The notes beneath the pieces were generated by a model. The model was not told where the DNA came from and searched no databases. It was given only the letters and a program-made list of their open reading frames with translations. From NCBI GenBank assembly GCA_049800655.1, contig JBARKF010000310.1, positions 2,835-66,834 on the forward strand: DNA of 64,000 nt. Reading direction: 5' to 3'. Within the stretch, counting starts at the first letter, position 1. Each line of letters opens with the position of its first letter. The position numbers were made by a program, and so were the translations under genes. Below, piece by piece: positions 8,704-16,893 of this stretch. This stretch comes from Candidatus Cybelea sp. (GTDB lineage Bacteria; Vulcanimicrobiota; Vulcanimicrobiia; Vulcanimicrobiales; Vulcanimicrobiaceae).

Positions 8704-10787
8704 TCGAGGAACGCATTTTCAACAACCGGTACCGGCTCGATCGCAAGCTCGGCGAAGGCGGCATGGCCACGGTCTACTGCGGCACGGATATTCTGCTGCG
8801 CCGGCGCGTCGCAATCAAGGTTTTGCGCGAACAATACGCGGCTGATGCGGAGTTCGTGCGCCGTTTCTACCAAGAGGCGGAGTCGGCGGCGAAACTCTCG
8901 CATCCCAACATCGTCAATACGTTTGACGTCGGCCATCAGGACGATACCTATTTCATCGTGATGGAGCTCGTCGACGGTCCATCGCTCGCGGAGATCATCG
9001 CCGCCGATGGACGCCTTCCCGAGCCGGTCGCAATCGACTATGCGGCGCAAATCGCGAGCGGTCTCGCGTACGCGCACCGCCAAGGGCTCCTTCACCGCGA
9101 CATCAAGCCGGCAAACGTGCTCGTCACCAAAGACGACGTGGTGAAGCTCTCCGATTTCGGCATCGCGCGCGCAGTTTCGCAGCAGACGATGGCACTCACC
9201 AAGCCCGGCCTCGTGATGGGGAGCGTCTACTATATTTCTCCGGAACAGGCGCAGGAGCACGAAATCCACGAAACCGCCGATCTCTACAGTTTAGGGGTCG
9301 TCCTCTACCAGATGCTGACCGGAAAGCTCCCGTTCACCGGCGAGTCGCCGGTAACCGTCGCGCTCAAACACATCGGCGATCCGGTACCCACGATCGGCAT
9401 CCGCGAGACCGGCGTGAGCCCGGCGCTAGCGGCAATCGTCAACCGGTTGCTGCAAAAGCGACCGGAGCACCGCTTCCAATCGGCCAGCGAGCTCGCCACC
9501 GCCTTGCGCGAGGCCCGCGAGCGCCCCAGCATCGCCAGCTATCGCATTTCGGACGATGCACCTTCGTCGCCCTCGTCACGAGGCGGCGAACGTCTTCCGC
9601 CGCGCCGCTCGCCGATGCCCGATCGATCCGTACTTGGCGAAGAAGAAGAACCTGAACGTAGTCCGCGCTCGCGCTGGATCGCCGCAGCGCTCATCGTTGC
9701 GATGCTCGCGGCAACCGGCCTCGGATATTTGCTCTTTGCGCGGCCCCTGCCGGGGCTCGCTCCCGGCGTCGTGGTCGCCGACTATACCGGCATGACACAG
9801 GCCGAGGCGCAGCAAGACGTGGTGAACGCCGGGCTGCGGACGCGCTTTCAGACGAGCGCCAGCGAGACGGTACCGCCCGATCACGTCATTCGCCAATCCC
9901 CGCCGGCCGGCACCAAAGTCGAGAAGAATCAGGTCGTCGAGCTGGTCATCAGTAACGGAAAACCGCTGCGCGGTCTTGAGGACGTACGGGGGTACAACGC
10001 GAACGACGCGCAGCGCACGCTACAGCAAGAGGGCTTCGCCGTCACGCTGCTGCGTCGAAACGATAACACGATCAAAGACAATGTCATCGACCAGCGGCCT
10101 CGACCCGGCGCCAAAGTGGCGGATGGCAGCCGCGTGACGTTGATCGTTTCGAACGGGCCGCCTCCGGTCACGATCCCGAACTTCGTGAGCATGACGGTGG
10201 AAGGCGCACGTGCGCTTGCAAGCCGGCTCGGTATTATGCTCGACACGACCCAGACCGTTCCCGGATCGCCGCCCGACACGATCGCATCGCAGAACATCGC
10301 GCAAGGCACGCAGGTCGATCGCAACGCGATCGTGCGCGTGGTCGTCAACAGCGGCCAAGCCTCGTCGCCACCGCCGCTCGTCGGCAACGGACCGATCGGG
10401 ACGCTTCCAAACGTCGTGGGTCAGGATTACGATTCGGCAGTTCAGATGTTGACACAAGCGGGCTTTCAATTCGCGGTGCGCTACGTCCAACAGAGCACAA
10501 ACAACGGAAAAATCGTCGAGCAATCCCCGCCCGCCGGCGCCGTTTCGCAGGGGTCGTCCGTAACGCTGATGCTTTCGGTTTCCGGCGAGGTGCCCGATAC
10601 GGTCGGCATGACGCCGGTTGCTGCCATTCAGACGCTGCACGCTTATGGTTACGCTCCCGGAAAATGGGAATGGACGACGGCAATCGGCGCCGACGGCAAA
10701 GTCATCGGAACCAAACCCAGCGCCGGCGAGCCGCTCGCCCCCGGATCGCGCGTCACCGTGACCGTCAACGGAACGCCGCCGCCATAG
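8700..10787 (+). CDS. PASTA-domain Ser/Thr protein kinase (PknB/PrkC-like)
   Basis: Kinase motifs GEGGMATVY, HRDIKPANVL and DFGIAR are present, followed by a TM segment (WIAAALIVAMLAATGLGYLLF) and about five PASTA-like repeats, each ending in SNG/NSG/VSG/VNG. TTG start 8700 overlaps the PBP stop (TTGA). Confidence 0.92.
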   Translation: MIEERIFNNRYRLDRKLGEGGMATVYCGTDILLRRRVAIKVLREQYAADAEFVRRFYQEAESAAKLSHPNIVNTFDVGHQDDTYFIVMELVDGPSLAEIIAADGRLPEPVAIDYAAQIASGLAYAHRQGLLHRDIKPANVLVTKDDVVKLSDFGIARAVSQQTMALTKPGLVMGSVYYISPEQAQEHEIHETADLYSLGVVLYQMLTGKLPFTGESPVTVALKHIGDPVPTIGIRETGVSPALAAIVNRLLQKRPEHRFQSASELATALREARERPSIASYRISDDAPSSPSSRGGERLPPRRSPMPDRSVLGEEEEPERSPRSRWIAAALIVAMLAATGLGYLLFARPLPGLAPGVVVADYTGMTQAEAQQDVVNAGLRTRFQTSASETVPPDHVIRQSPPAGTKVEKNQVVELVISNGKPLRGLEDVRGYNANDAQRTLQQEGFAVTLLRRNDNTIKDNVIDQRPRPGAKVADGSRVTLIVSNGPPPVTIPNFVSMTVEGARALASRLGIMLDTTQTVPGSPPDTIASQNIAQGTQVDRNAIVRVVVNSGQASSPPPLVGNGPIGTLPNVVGQDYDSAVQMLTQAGFQFAVRYVQQSTNNGKIVEQSPPAGAVSQGSSVTLMLSVSGEVPDTVGMTPVAAIQTLHAYGYAPGKWEWTTAIGADGKVIGTKPSAGEPLAPGSRVTVTVNGTPPP

Positions 10788-11311
10788 CGGTCGCACTCGG
10801 CGCGCGGCCTGCGCTGCGCATCCTTGGCATCGATCCTGCGTTGCGAACGACGGGATATGGCGCAATCGAAAAGTCTAACGGACGCGTGCGGTTGGTTGAA
10901 GCCGGGATCGTCGTGCCGCGTTTCTCCGGCACGCTCGAAGAACGCCTGCATGAGCTTCATGCCGGTATCTGCGACGTGATCGCGCAGACCAACCCAAGCT
11001 TCGTCGTCATCGAGGAACTCTATACGACGTATAAGAACCCGCGGGCCGCGTTGCTGATGGGACACGCTCGCGGCGTGCTCTGTCTAGCGAGCGCCCAGGC
11101 CGGCGTCGCGGTGCATACGCTCGGTCACGCGCGCGTAAAGCGCGCGCTCGTCGGGTCGGGCAGCGCGCGAAAGGAGCAAGTCAACGCGATGGTGACGCGC
11201 TTGCTCAACCTACGCGTGCCGCCGAAGCCATACGATGTCTCCGACGCGCTCGCGCTGGCGCTCGCGTTCTTAAACACCGTCGATCGCTTCGGCTCGCTGC
11301 ATGTTCAATAG
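10664..11311 (+). CDS. ruvC: Crossover junction endodeoxyribonuclease RuvC (true start probably near 10814-10820)
   Basis: The conserved core starts at LRILGIDPALRTTGYG. The only canonical in-frame starts (ATG 10664/10670) add about 50 Arg-rich residues overlapping the kinase gene. See the finding on this gene. Confidence 0.85.
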   Translation: MGMDDGNRRRRQSHRNQTQRRRAARPRIARHRDRQRNAAAIAVALGARPALRILGIDPALRTTGYGAIEKSNGRVRLVEAGIVVPRFSGTLEERLHELHAGICDVIAQTNPSFVVIEELYTTYKNPRAALLMGHARGVLCLASAQAGVAVHTLGHARVKRALVGSGSARKEQVNAMVTRLLNLRVPPKPYDVSDALALALAFLNTVDRFGSLHVQ

Positions 11312-11927
11312 AATTTCCGGGGCGCTGGTCGAGCGCAACGGCGAGGCCGCCGTCGTCGAGGCGGGCGGCCTCGGTTACGAGATCGTTCTGCCGCCGTGCA
11401 TCGCCGAGAAGATTCCGACGACGCCGGGAGAGCGCGTGACGCTCGAGGTTTACTCGGTCGTCAACATCGACGGTAACAGCGGCAGATTTACCTATTACGG
11501 GTTCACCAATGGGATCGAGCGCGAGTTCTTCGAAGCCCTGCTCACCGTGGCGTCGATCGGACCGCGCTCGGCGGCGCGCGCTTTTTCCGCGCCGATGTCG
11601 GAGATCGCGGGCGCAATCGACCGCGGAGATTACGCCTTCTTGAAGAGCCTGCCCGGAATCGGCCAGCAAAAGGCCCGCGATATCGTCGCGAAACTGCAGG
11701 GAAAGGTTGCGAAGTTCTTATTGATCCGCGATGCGCCTCCAGCGCCGCCGGCGGCGATTCCCGACTTCGCCGACGAGGCACTCGCGGTGCTCCTCCAACT
11801 CGGTTACCGCCGCGCTGAAGCCGAGGCGATGATCCGTCAGACGCTCGATGCAGAGCCGGCGATCGATCATGCCGAGCAACTTCTCGCGGAGATATACCGG
11901 CACAAGGTGCCGAAAGAATCGTCATGA
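11301..11927 (+). CDS. ruvA: Holliday junction DNA helicase subunit RuvA
   Basis: 208 aa, MFNRISGALVERNGEAAVVEAGGLGYEIVLP..., located between ruvC and ruvB with overlapping junctions. Confidence 0.93.
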   Translation: MFNRISGALVERNGEAAVVEAGGLGYEIVLPPCIAEKIPTTPGERVTLEVYSVVNIDGNSGRFTYYGFTNGIEREFFEALLTVASIGPRSAARAFSAPMSEIAGAIDRGDYAFLKSLPGIGQQKARDIVAKLQGKVAKFLLIRDAPPAPPAAIPDFADEALAVLLQLGYRRAEAEAMIRQTLDAEPAIDHAEQLLAEIYRHKVPKESS

Positions 11928-13015
11928 ACGAGCCCGAGGCTCGCAGACGTCTGCTCGGCCCCGCCGACGTTTCGCTCGAACCGGTTGGGGCGGAAGAGCA
12001 CGACCGCGTCGTCGATCCGCAAGATACGCTTGAGGATGAGGTCTACGGCGTAAGTCTTCGTCCGCGATCTTTTGATGAGTACGTCGGCCAAGAGCGCGTC
12101 GTCGAAAACCTTCGTATTGCAATCGATGCGGCGAAGCGGCGCGGCGAGCCGCTCGAGCACGTACTTTTTTACGGTCCGCCGGGGCTCGGCAAGACCACGC
12201 TAGCCGGACTGATCGCGCGTGAGCTCGGCGCAAACTTTCGGCCGACCAGCGGCCCCACGCTCGAGAAGCCGAAGGATCTCGTCGGCATTCTCACCTCGCT
12301 CGACGTAGGCGACGTCTTCTTTGTCGACGAGATTCACCGGCTCAGCCACGTCGTGGAAGAGTTCCTCTACCCGGCGATGGAGGACTTTCAAATTGACTTC
12401 GTGGTCGACCGCGGCGCCTACGCCAAGACGCTGAAGCTGCCGTTGCGCCGTTTCACGCTCGTCGGCGCGACGACGCGCGCCGGAATGATCACGGCGCCGC
12501 TGCGCGAGCGTTTCGGCATCGTCCACCACCTCGACTACTACGCGCCTGCCGAACTCGAGCGGATCGTACGCCGCTCGGCGAGCGTTTTGGAAGTTCCGAT
12601 CGACGGTGCAGCGGCCGCGGCCATAGCCGCCCGCAGCCGTGGGACCCCACGCGTCGCAAACCGGCTCCTGCGTCGCGTTCGCGATTTTGCACAAGTCCGC
12701 GGGGACGGCCGCATTACGCCCGCAATTGCCGACGAGGCGCTACAACGCGAGGGCGTCGACGAACTCGGGCTCGATCGTCTCGACCGCGCCTTCTTGCGCA
12801 CGATCGTCGAGCAGTACCGTGGAGGTCCGGCCGGAATCGCCGCCATCGCCGCAACGCTCACGGAGGATGCCGAGACGCTCGAGGACGTGGTCGAGCCCTA
12901 TCTGCTCAAAGAGGGCTTCGTTACACGAACGGCCAGCGGCCGTCGCGCAACCGCGCTTGCCTACCGTCATCTCGGCGTCGTCGGCGGCGCCCCGGCGCAA
13001 GAGCGCCTGCTCTAG
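11924..13015 (+). CDS. ruvB: Holliday junction DNA helicase RuvB
   Basis: Walker A motif YGPPGLGKTTLA and FVDEIHRL are present. ATGA overlap with ruvA. Confidence 0.96.
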   Translation: MNEPEARRRLLGPADVSLEPVGAEEHDRVVDPQDTLEDEVYGVSLRPRSFDEYVGQERVVENLRIAIDAAKRRGEPLEHVLFYGPPGLGKTTLAGLIARELGANFRPTSGPTLEKPKDLVGILTSLDVGDVFFVDEIHRLSHVVEEFLYPAMEDFQIDFVVDRGAYAKTLKLPLRRFTLVGATTRAGMITAPLRERFGIVHHLDYYAPAELERIVRRSASVLEVPIDGAAAAAIAARSRGTPRVANRLLRRVRDFAQVRGDGRITPAIADEALQREGVDELGLDRLDRAFLRTIVEQYRGGPAGIAAIAATLTEDAETLEDVVEPYLLKEGFVTRTASGRRATALAYRHLGVVGGAPAQERLL

Positions 13016-14022
13016 TGGCCTGTAACGCGATGCAGCGTGCGGATTTTATGTGGCTCTGCGCGGCGATGGTGGCGGTTCCACGGGCGGCGCGCGCGCAGAA
13101 CGATGTCGATCCGGCGATTACATCGCGACGTCCTGCGCTGCGCGTGCTGCTTGGCCGCGGCGAGGCCGTCTCAGGTCCGGCGCAAACGTTCCAGTTCGAC
13201 GGAGCGGCGTACCGCGGAACTTTTCAGCGTCTCGACGACGGCCAAATCGTCAACGTCGTCGATCTGGAAGCGTATCTCTACAGCGTCGTACCACTTGAGA
13301 TGCCGCCCAGCTGGCCGCCCGCAGCGCTACAGACGCAGACGATTTGCGCGCGCACGTACGTCTTGCAACGTAGCGATCCGCGGCGCGCGTACGACCTCGT
13401 GCCGTCGGAAGTGAATCAGGTCTATCGCGGAATCTCGAGTGAAACGCCGGCGGCGATCGCGGCCGTCGACGCGACCGCCGGGCGCGTGCTCTCCTTCGGC
13501 GGAAACTTCGCCCAGGTGGCCTACTCGTCGTGCTGCGGCGGCCACACAGAGTCGTCATCGGAGGCCTGGGGAAACATCCCGATCCCCTATCTGCAAGGCG
13601 TCGTCTGCACCTCGTGCTCCCAATCGCCTCACTACCGCTGGACGACCACGCTTTCGTTGGACGTGATCGCGCAGCGTCTTTCCTCGACGCTGGCGCCATT
13701 CGGCCGGCTCACCGACGTGCAGGTGCAGGACCGCGACGGCAGCGGTCGCGCTCGTTCGTTGCAACTCGTCGCCGACCACGGCAGCACCAGCGTCACCGGA
13801 AGCGTTTTTCGTCGTACCGTCGGCACTCGCGTGCTGCCGAGCTTATTGCTTACGGATGTGCGCCGCGCGCCTGACGGCGCATCGGTTCAGCTTGACGGCG
13901 GCGGACTCGGGCACGGTGTCGGCTTATGCCAGTGGGGCGCGCGGGGCATGGCGCTCGCGGGTAGCCAGGCGCCCGACATTCTAGCGTTCTACTTCCCTGG
14001 CACCGCCATCACATCGTCGTAG
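13015..14022 (+). CDS. SpoIID/LytB domain protein (secreted peptidoglycan lytic enzyme or enhancer family)
   Basis: A signal peptide (MWLCAAMVAVPRAARA) is followed by SpoIID blocks LEAYLYSVVPLEMP, CARTYVL and YSSCCGGHTESSSEAWG. ATG 13030 is an alternative start. Confidence 0.85.
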   Translation: MACNAMQRADFMWLCAAMVAVPRAARAQNDVDPAITSRRPALRVLLGRGEAVSGPAQTFQFDGAAYRGTFQRLDDGQIVNVVDLEAYLYSVVPLEMPPSWPPAALQTQTICARTYVLQRSDPRRAYDLVPSEVNQVYRGISSETPAAIAAVDATAGRVLSFGGNFAQVAYSSCCGGHTESSSEAWGNIPIPYLQGVVCTSCSQSPHYRWTTTLSLDVIAQRLSSTLAPFGRLTDVQVQDRDGSGRARSLQLVADHGSTSVTGSVFRRTVGTRVLPSLLLTDVRRAPDGASVQLDGGGLGHGVGLCQWGARGMALAGSQAPDILAFYFPGTAITSS

Positions 14023-14065
14023 GTAATCGAACAGAACTGCAAGGCCATCTCAGATTCCGCTTGTC

Positions 14066-14126
14066 ATCCTGAGCCCTTCGACTCGCTACGCTCGCTCAGG
14101 ATAAGCTACGGCGCGTAGCGCCGTAG
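14066..14126. repeat. Two adjacent perfect 9-bp-stem palindromes (REP-like or terminator-like) in the spoIID-queA spacer
   Basis: ATCCTGAGC (14066-74) pairs with GCTCAGGAT (14094-102). CTACGGCGC (14106-14) pairs with GCGCCGTAG (14118-26) around a 3-nt loop. No U-tract follows either. Confidence 0.5.
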
Positions 14127-14141
14127 TCAGGACGTAACAGC

Positions 14142-15206
14142 ATGTTGGTCTCGGATTACGATTACGAGCTGCCCGAAGCGCTGATCGCGCAATCTCCCGC
14201 GCCACGACGGGATGAGAGCCGGTTGATGGTGCTCGACGGAGACGCGACGCTTCACCGCCATTTTCGCGATCTGCCGGCGTTTCTGCAGCCGGACGATCTC
14301 CTCGTGCTCAACGAAACGCGGGTGATCGCCGCGCGGCTCTTGGGGCTTCGCGAACGCGGTGGAGGACGCGTCGAACTGCTCTTGCTCCATCCCGCGAACT
14401 CGCTGCGCTACGATCCGCAAGCGCACGAGTGGATCGCGCTGGCCAAGCCCGCACGACGGTTGCGGCGCGGCGATCGCGTGACGTTCGGAGCACTCGGCGA
14501 AGGCGTGGTGCGCGACGAGCTCGAGAAGGGGATGCGACGGATTGCGTTCGATCTCGCCGTTTCGTTCGAAGAGTTCCTCGAACGCGCCGGCCAGGCGCCG
14601 CTGCCACCCTACATTCACAACGATTCGCCTGAGGCGAAGGAGCGATATCAGACGGTCTTTGGACGCCTTCCGGGCAGCGTTGCCGCTCCGACCGCTTCGC
14701 TCCACTTCACGCCGGAACTGCTGGAGCGGACCGCCGAACGCGGTGTCGAGATCGTACGTCTCGCGCTCTCGATCGGCTTGGGAACATTTCGCCCGGTGAC
14801 CGTCGAATCGATCGATCATCACGTGATGCACGAAGAAGCGTATGCGATCGAACCGGCGGCTGCGCAGGCGATCGAGGCCGCGCGTAGCCAGCGGCGGCGA
14901 ATCGTCGCTGCCGGAACCACGGTGGTTCGCGCGCTCGAAGGCTGCATGAGTGCGTATGGTCGCATCGAAGCCGGCGAACATGCTACGAACCTCTTCATCA
15001 CGCCCGGCTTCGCGTTTCGAGTCGTGGGAGCGATGATCACCAACTTTCACCTGCCGCGATCAACGCTGCTGATGCTGGTTAGCGCGTTTGCCGGACGCGA
15101 GCGCATTCTGCGCGCCTATGGCGAGGCGATTGCGAACGGCTACCGCTTTTACTCGTTCGGCGATGCGATGCTTGTTACGGGAAACGATGCGCTACATCGC
15201 GGTTGA
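14142..15206 (+). CDS. queA: S-adenosylmethionine:tRNA ribosyltransferase-isomerase
   Basis: MLVSDYDYELPEALIAQSPAPRRDESRLMVL, PLPPYI and TNFHLPRSTLLMLVSAF are typical QueA blocks. Confidence 0.95.
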   Translation: MLVSDYDYELPEALIAQSPAPRRDESRLMVLDGDATLHRHFRDLPAFLQPDDLLVLNETRVIAARLLGLRERGGGRVELLLLHPANSLRYDPQAHEWIALAKPARRLRRGDRVTFGALGEGVVRDELEKGMRRIAFDLAVSFEEFLERAGQAPLPPYIHNDSPEAKERYQTVFGRLPGSVAAPTASLHFTPELLERTAERGVEIVRLALSIGLGTFRPVTVESIDHHVMHEEAYAIEPAAAQAIEAARSQRRRIVAAGTTVVRALEGCMSAYGRIEAGEHATNLFITPGFAFRVVGAMITNFHLPRSTLLMLVSAFAGRERILRAYGEAIANGYRFYSFGDAMLVTGNDALHRG

Positions 15207-16170
15207 TGCACCCGGCGGCCCGGAGCTCTTGAAGATCGCCGAAATGGAGCCGCCCGAGCCGGGCCCGGAAGAGGTTATCATCGCCGTCGAGGCTGCCGGC
15301 GTCTCGCATGCGGACGTCATGCAGCGTCAAGGAAACTATCCGCCGCCGGCCGGCGCTTCGCCAATCCTTGGCCTCGAGGTTGCCGGCACGATCGCCGGCC
15401 GCGGCGAGCGCGTCACGCGTTGGAAGGACGGCGATCGTGTCTGCGCGCTAACGAATGGCGGCGGCTACGCCGAGTACGTTGCGGTTCCGGAAGGGCAAGT
15501 GCTCCCCGTACCGCGCGGTTGGAGCACGATCGAGGCGGCGACGCTTCCGGAGAATGCGTTCACCGTCTACGATGGGCTCTTTTCGCGCGCGCGGCTACGC
15601 CCAGGAGAAACCGTGCTGGTGCACGGGGGAACCAGCGGGATCGGCACCATCGCCATCATGTTCGCGACCGCACTTGGCGCCACGGCGATCGCAACGGCTG
15701 GGACGCCCGAAAAATGCGCGGCCTGCATCAAGCTCGGTGCGGTGCATGCGATCGACTATCGCACCACCGACTTCGTCGGCGAGGTGGAGCGCATCACGCA
15801 GGGACGTGGCGTCGACGTCGTGCTCGACATCGTCGGCGGCGATTACGTGATGCGCGATCTTGCCGCGCTGGCACTCGACGGCAGGATCGTCTGTCTCGCT
15901 ACTCGGCGCGGACGCATCGTCGAACTCGATCTCGCGCGGCTCTTCGCCAAACGCGGATCGATTCTCGCTTCGAGCCTTCGCCCGCGCACCGCAAGTGAAA
16001 AAGCAGCCATCGCGCGCGAACTCGAAGCACACATTTGGCCGCTGCTTCCCCAGCGCGAGGCGATCGTGCCGGTGATCGACTCGGTCTACCCATTCCAACG
16101 CGCCGCCGAGGCGCACGCTCGATTGGAGGGGAGCACCCACCTCGGGAAGCTGGTTCTCACGCCGCGCTAA
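15187..16170 (+). CDS. NAD(P)H:quinone oxidoreductase (zeta-crystallin/MDR family)
   Basis: MRYIAVDAPGGPELLKIAEMEPPEPGPEEVIIAVEAAGVSHADVMQRQGNYPPP is followed by the GTSGIG nucleotide-binding loop. The start was trimmed to ATG 15187, which overlaps the queA end. Confidence 0.88.
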   Translation: MRYIAVDAPGGPELLKIAEMEPPEPGPEEVIIAVEAAGVSHADVMQRQGNYPPPAGASPILGLEVAGTIAGRGERVTRWKDGDRVCALTNGGGYAEYVAVPEGQVLPVPRGWSTIEAATLPENAFTVYDGLFSRARLRPGETVLVHGGTSGIGTIAIMFATALGATAIATAGTPEKCAACIKLGAVHAIDYRTTDFVGEVERITQGRGVDVVLDIVGGDYVMRDLAALALDGRIVCLATRRGRIVELDLARLFAKRGSILASSLRPRTASEKAAIARELEAHIWPLLPQREAIVPVIDSVYPFQRAAEAHARLEGSTHLGKLVLTPR

Positions 16171-16181
16171 CTAGGGAAAAC

Positions 16182-16697
16182 CTAGTGATAGATTCCTTGA
16201 CTCTGCGACGTGAAACCCGTCGCCATGAAGAAGAGCATCGGGATCGAGAGCATCGTGTTCGTTCGTGAAGCGAGGAACGCGATGCGGCGGGCTTTTACCT
16301 TCTCTTCGTCGGTAGCTGGGACGAAGCCCAAGATCTTCTTTTGGTTCGGCCAGATCACACCCCAGACGTTCAAGAGCATGATCGTCCCAAGCCATGCCCC
16401 GATGCCGATCGGCGCCATCGCGCCCTGGAGGCCAAAGGCCGCAGGAAAGCCGTTCATGCCGCCGGCGTCAAAATTGCCAAGCAACGCGGCACCGAAGATC
16501 CACGTCGCAACCGCGCCCCAGCGAAACCAGAAGAGCGCGCGCGGTACGACATACTTGGAGATTGGCCCGGCTTCGCCGGCTGCGGTTGCCTCTTTCACCG
16601 CGGCAACGTTGACGAAGTTAAAGAACCAGAGCAGGCCGATCCACATGATGCCGGCCATGATATGAAACCAGCGAAAGATCCAATCGAGATTGCCCAT
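16182..16697 (-). CDS. Integral membrane protein resembling the N-terminal membrane domain of urate hydroxylase PuuD-like proteins
   Basis: 171 aa with about four hydrophobic helices. The opening LDWIFRWFHIMAGIMWIGLLWFFNFV is characteristic of that family. No cytochrome c domain is present, so function is uncertain. Confidence 0.75.
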   Translation of the reverse strand: MGNLDWIFRWFHIMAGIMWIGLLWFFNFVNVAAVKEATAAGEAGPISKYVVPRALFWFRWGAVATWIFGAALLGNFDAGGMNGFPAAFGLQGAMAPIGIGAWLGTIMLLNVWGVIWPNQKKILGFVPATDEEKVKARRIAFLASRTNTMLSIPMLFFMATGFTSQSQGIYH

Positions 16698-16698
16698 C

Positions 16699-16815
16699 TT
16701 ACGCGCCCGCTCCCATCGCGTGCGAAACGATTAAACGGGCGATGAACCAGAGGATCAGGGTCAAAACGAAGCCGCTGATGACGGTACCCAAGAGTGAGTC
16801 CAAGGGGTTTTTCAA
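16699..16815 (-). CDS. Small (38 aa) single-pass membrane protein, not in the ORF track
   Basis: TTG start 16815 lies 7 nt after GGAGG. The product is MKNPLDSLLGTVISGFVLTLILWFIARLIVSHAMGAGA. Its TAA is followed after 1 nt by the ATG of the downstream membrane protein (TAAGATG). Confidence 0.5.
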   Translation of the reverse strand: MKNPLDSLLGTVISGFVLTLILWFIARLIVSHAMGAGA

Positions 16816-16893
16816 CGTACAACCTCCTCGCGTTCGTGGTTGCTATTTACGGAAGGTTGCGGCAACGCAAAAGAGTGTCCTCCCCGAGTCGGC

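Noticed and set aside
16595-16822. Tracked 75-aa ORF upstream of the PuuD-like membrane protein
   Set aside because: Its TTG start sits directly against the GGAGG with no spacer, and the product is basic and non-membrane. The 38-codon ORF in the other frame fits the RBS and is coupled to the downstream gene.
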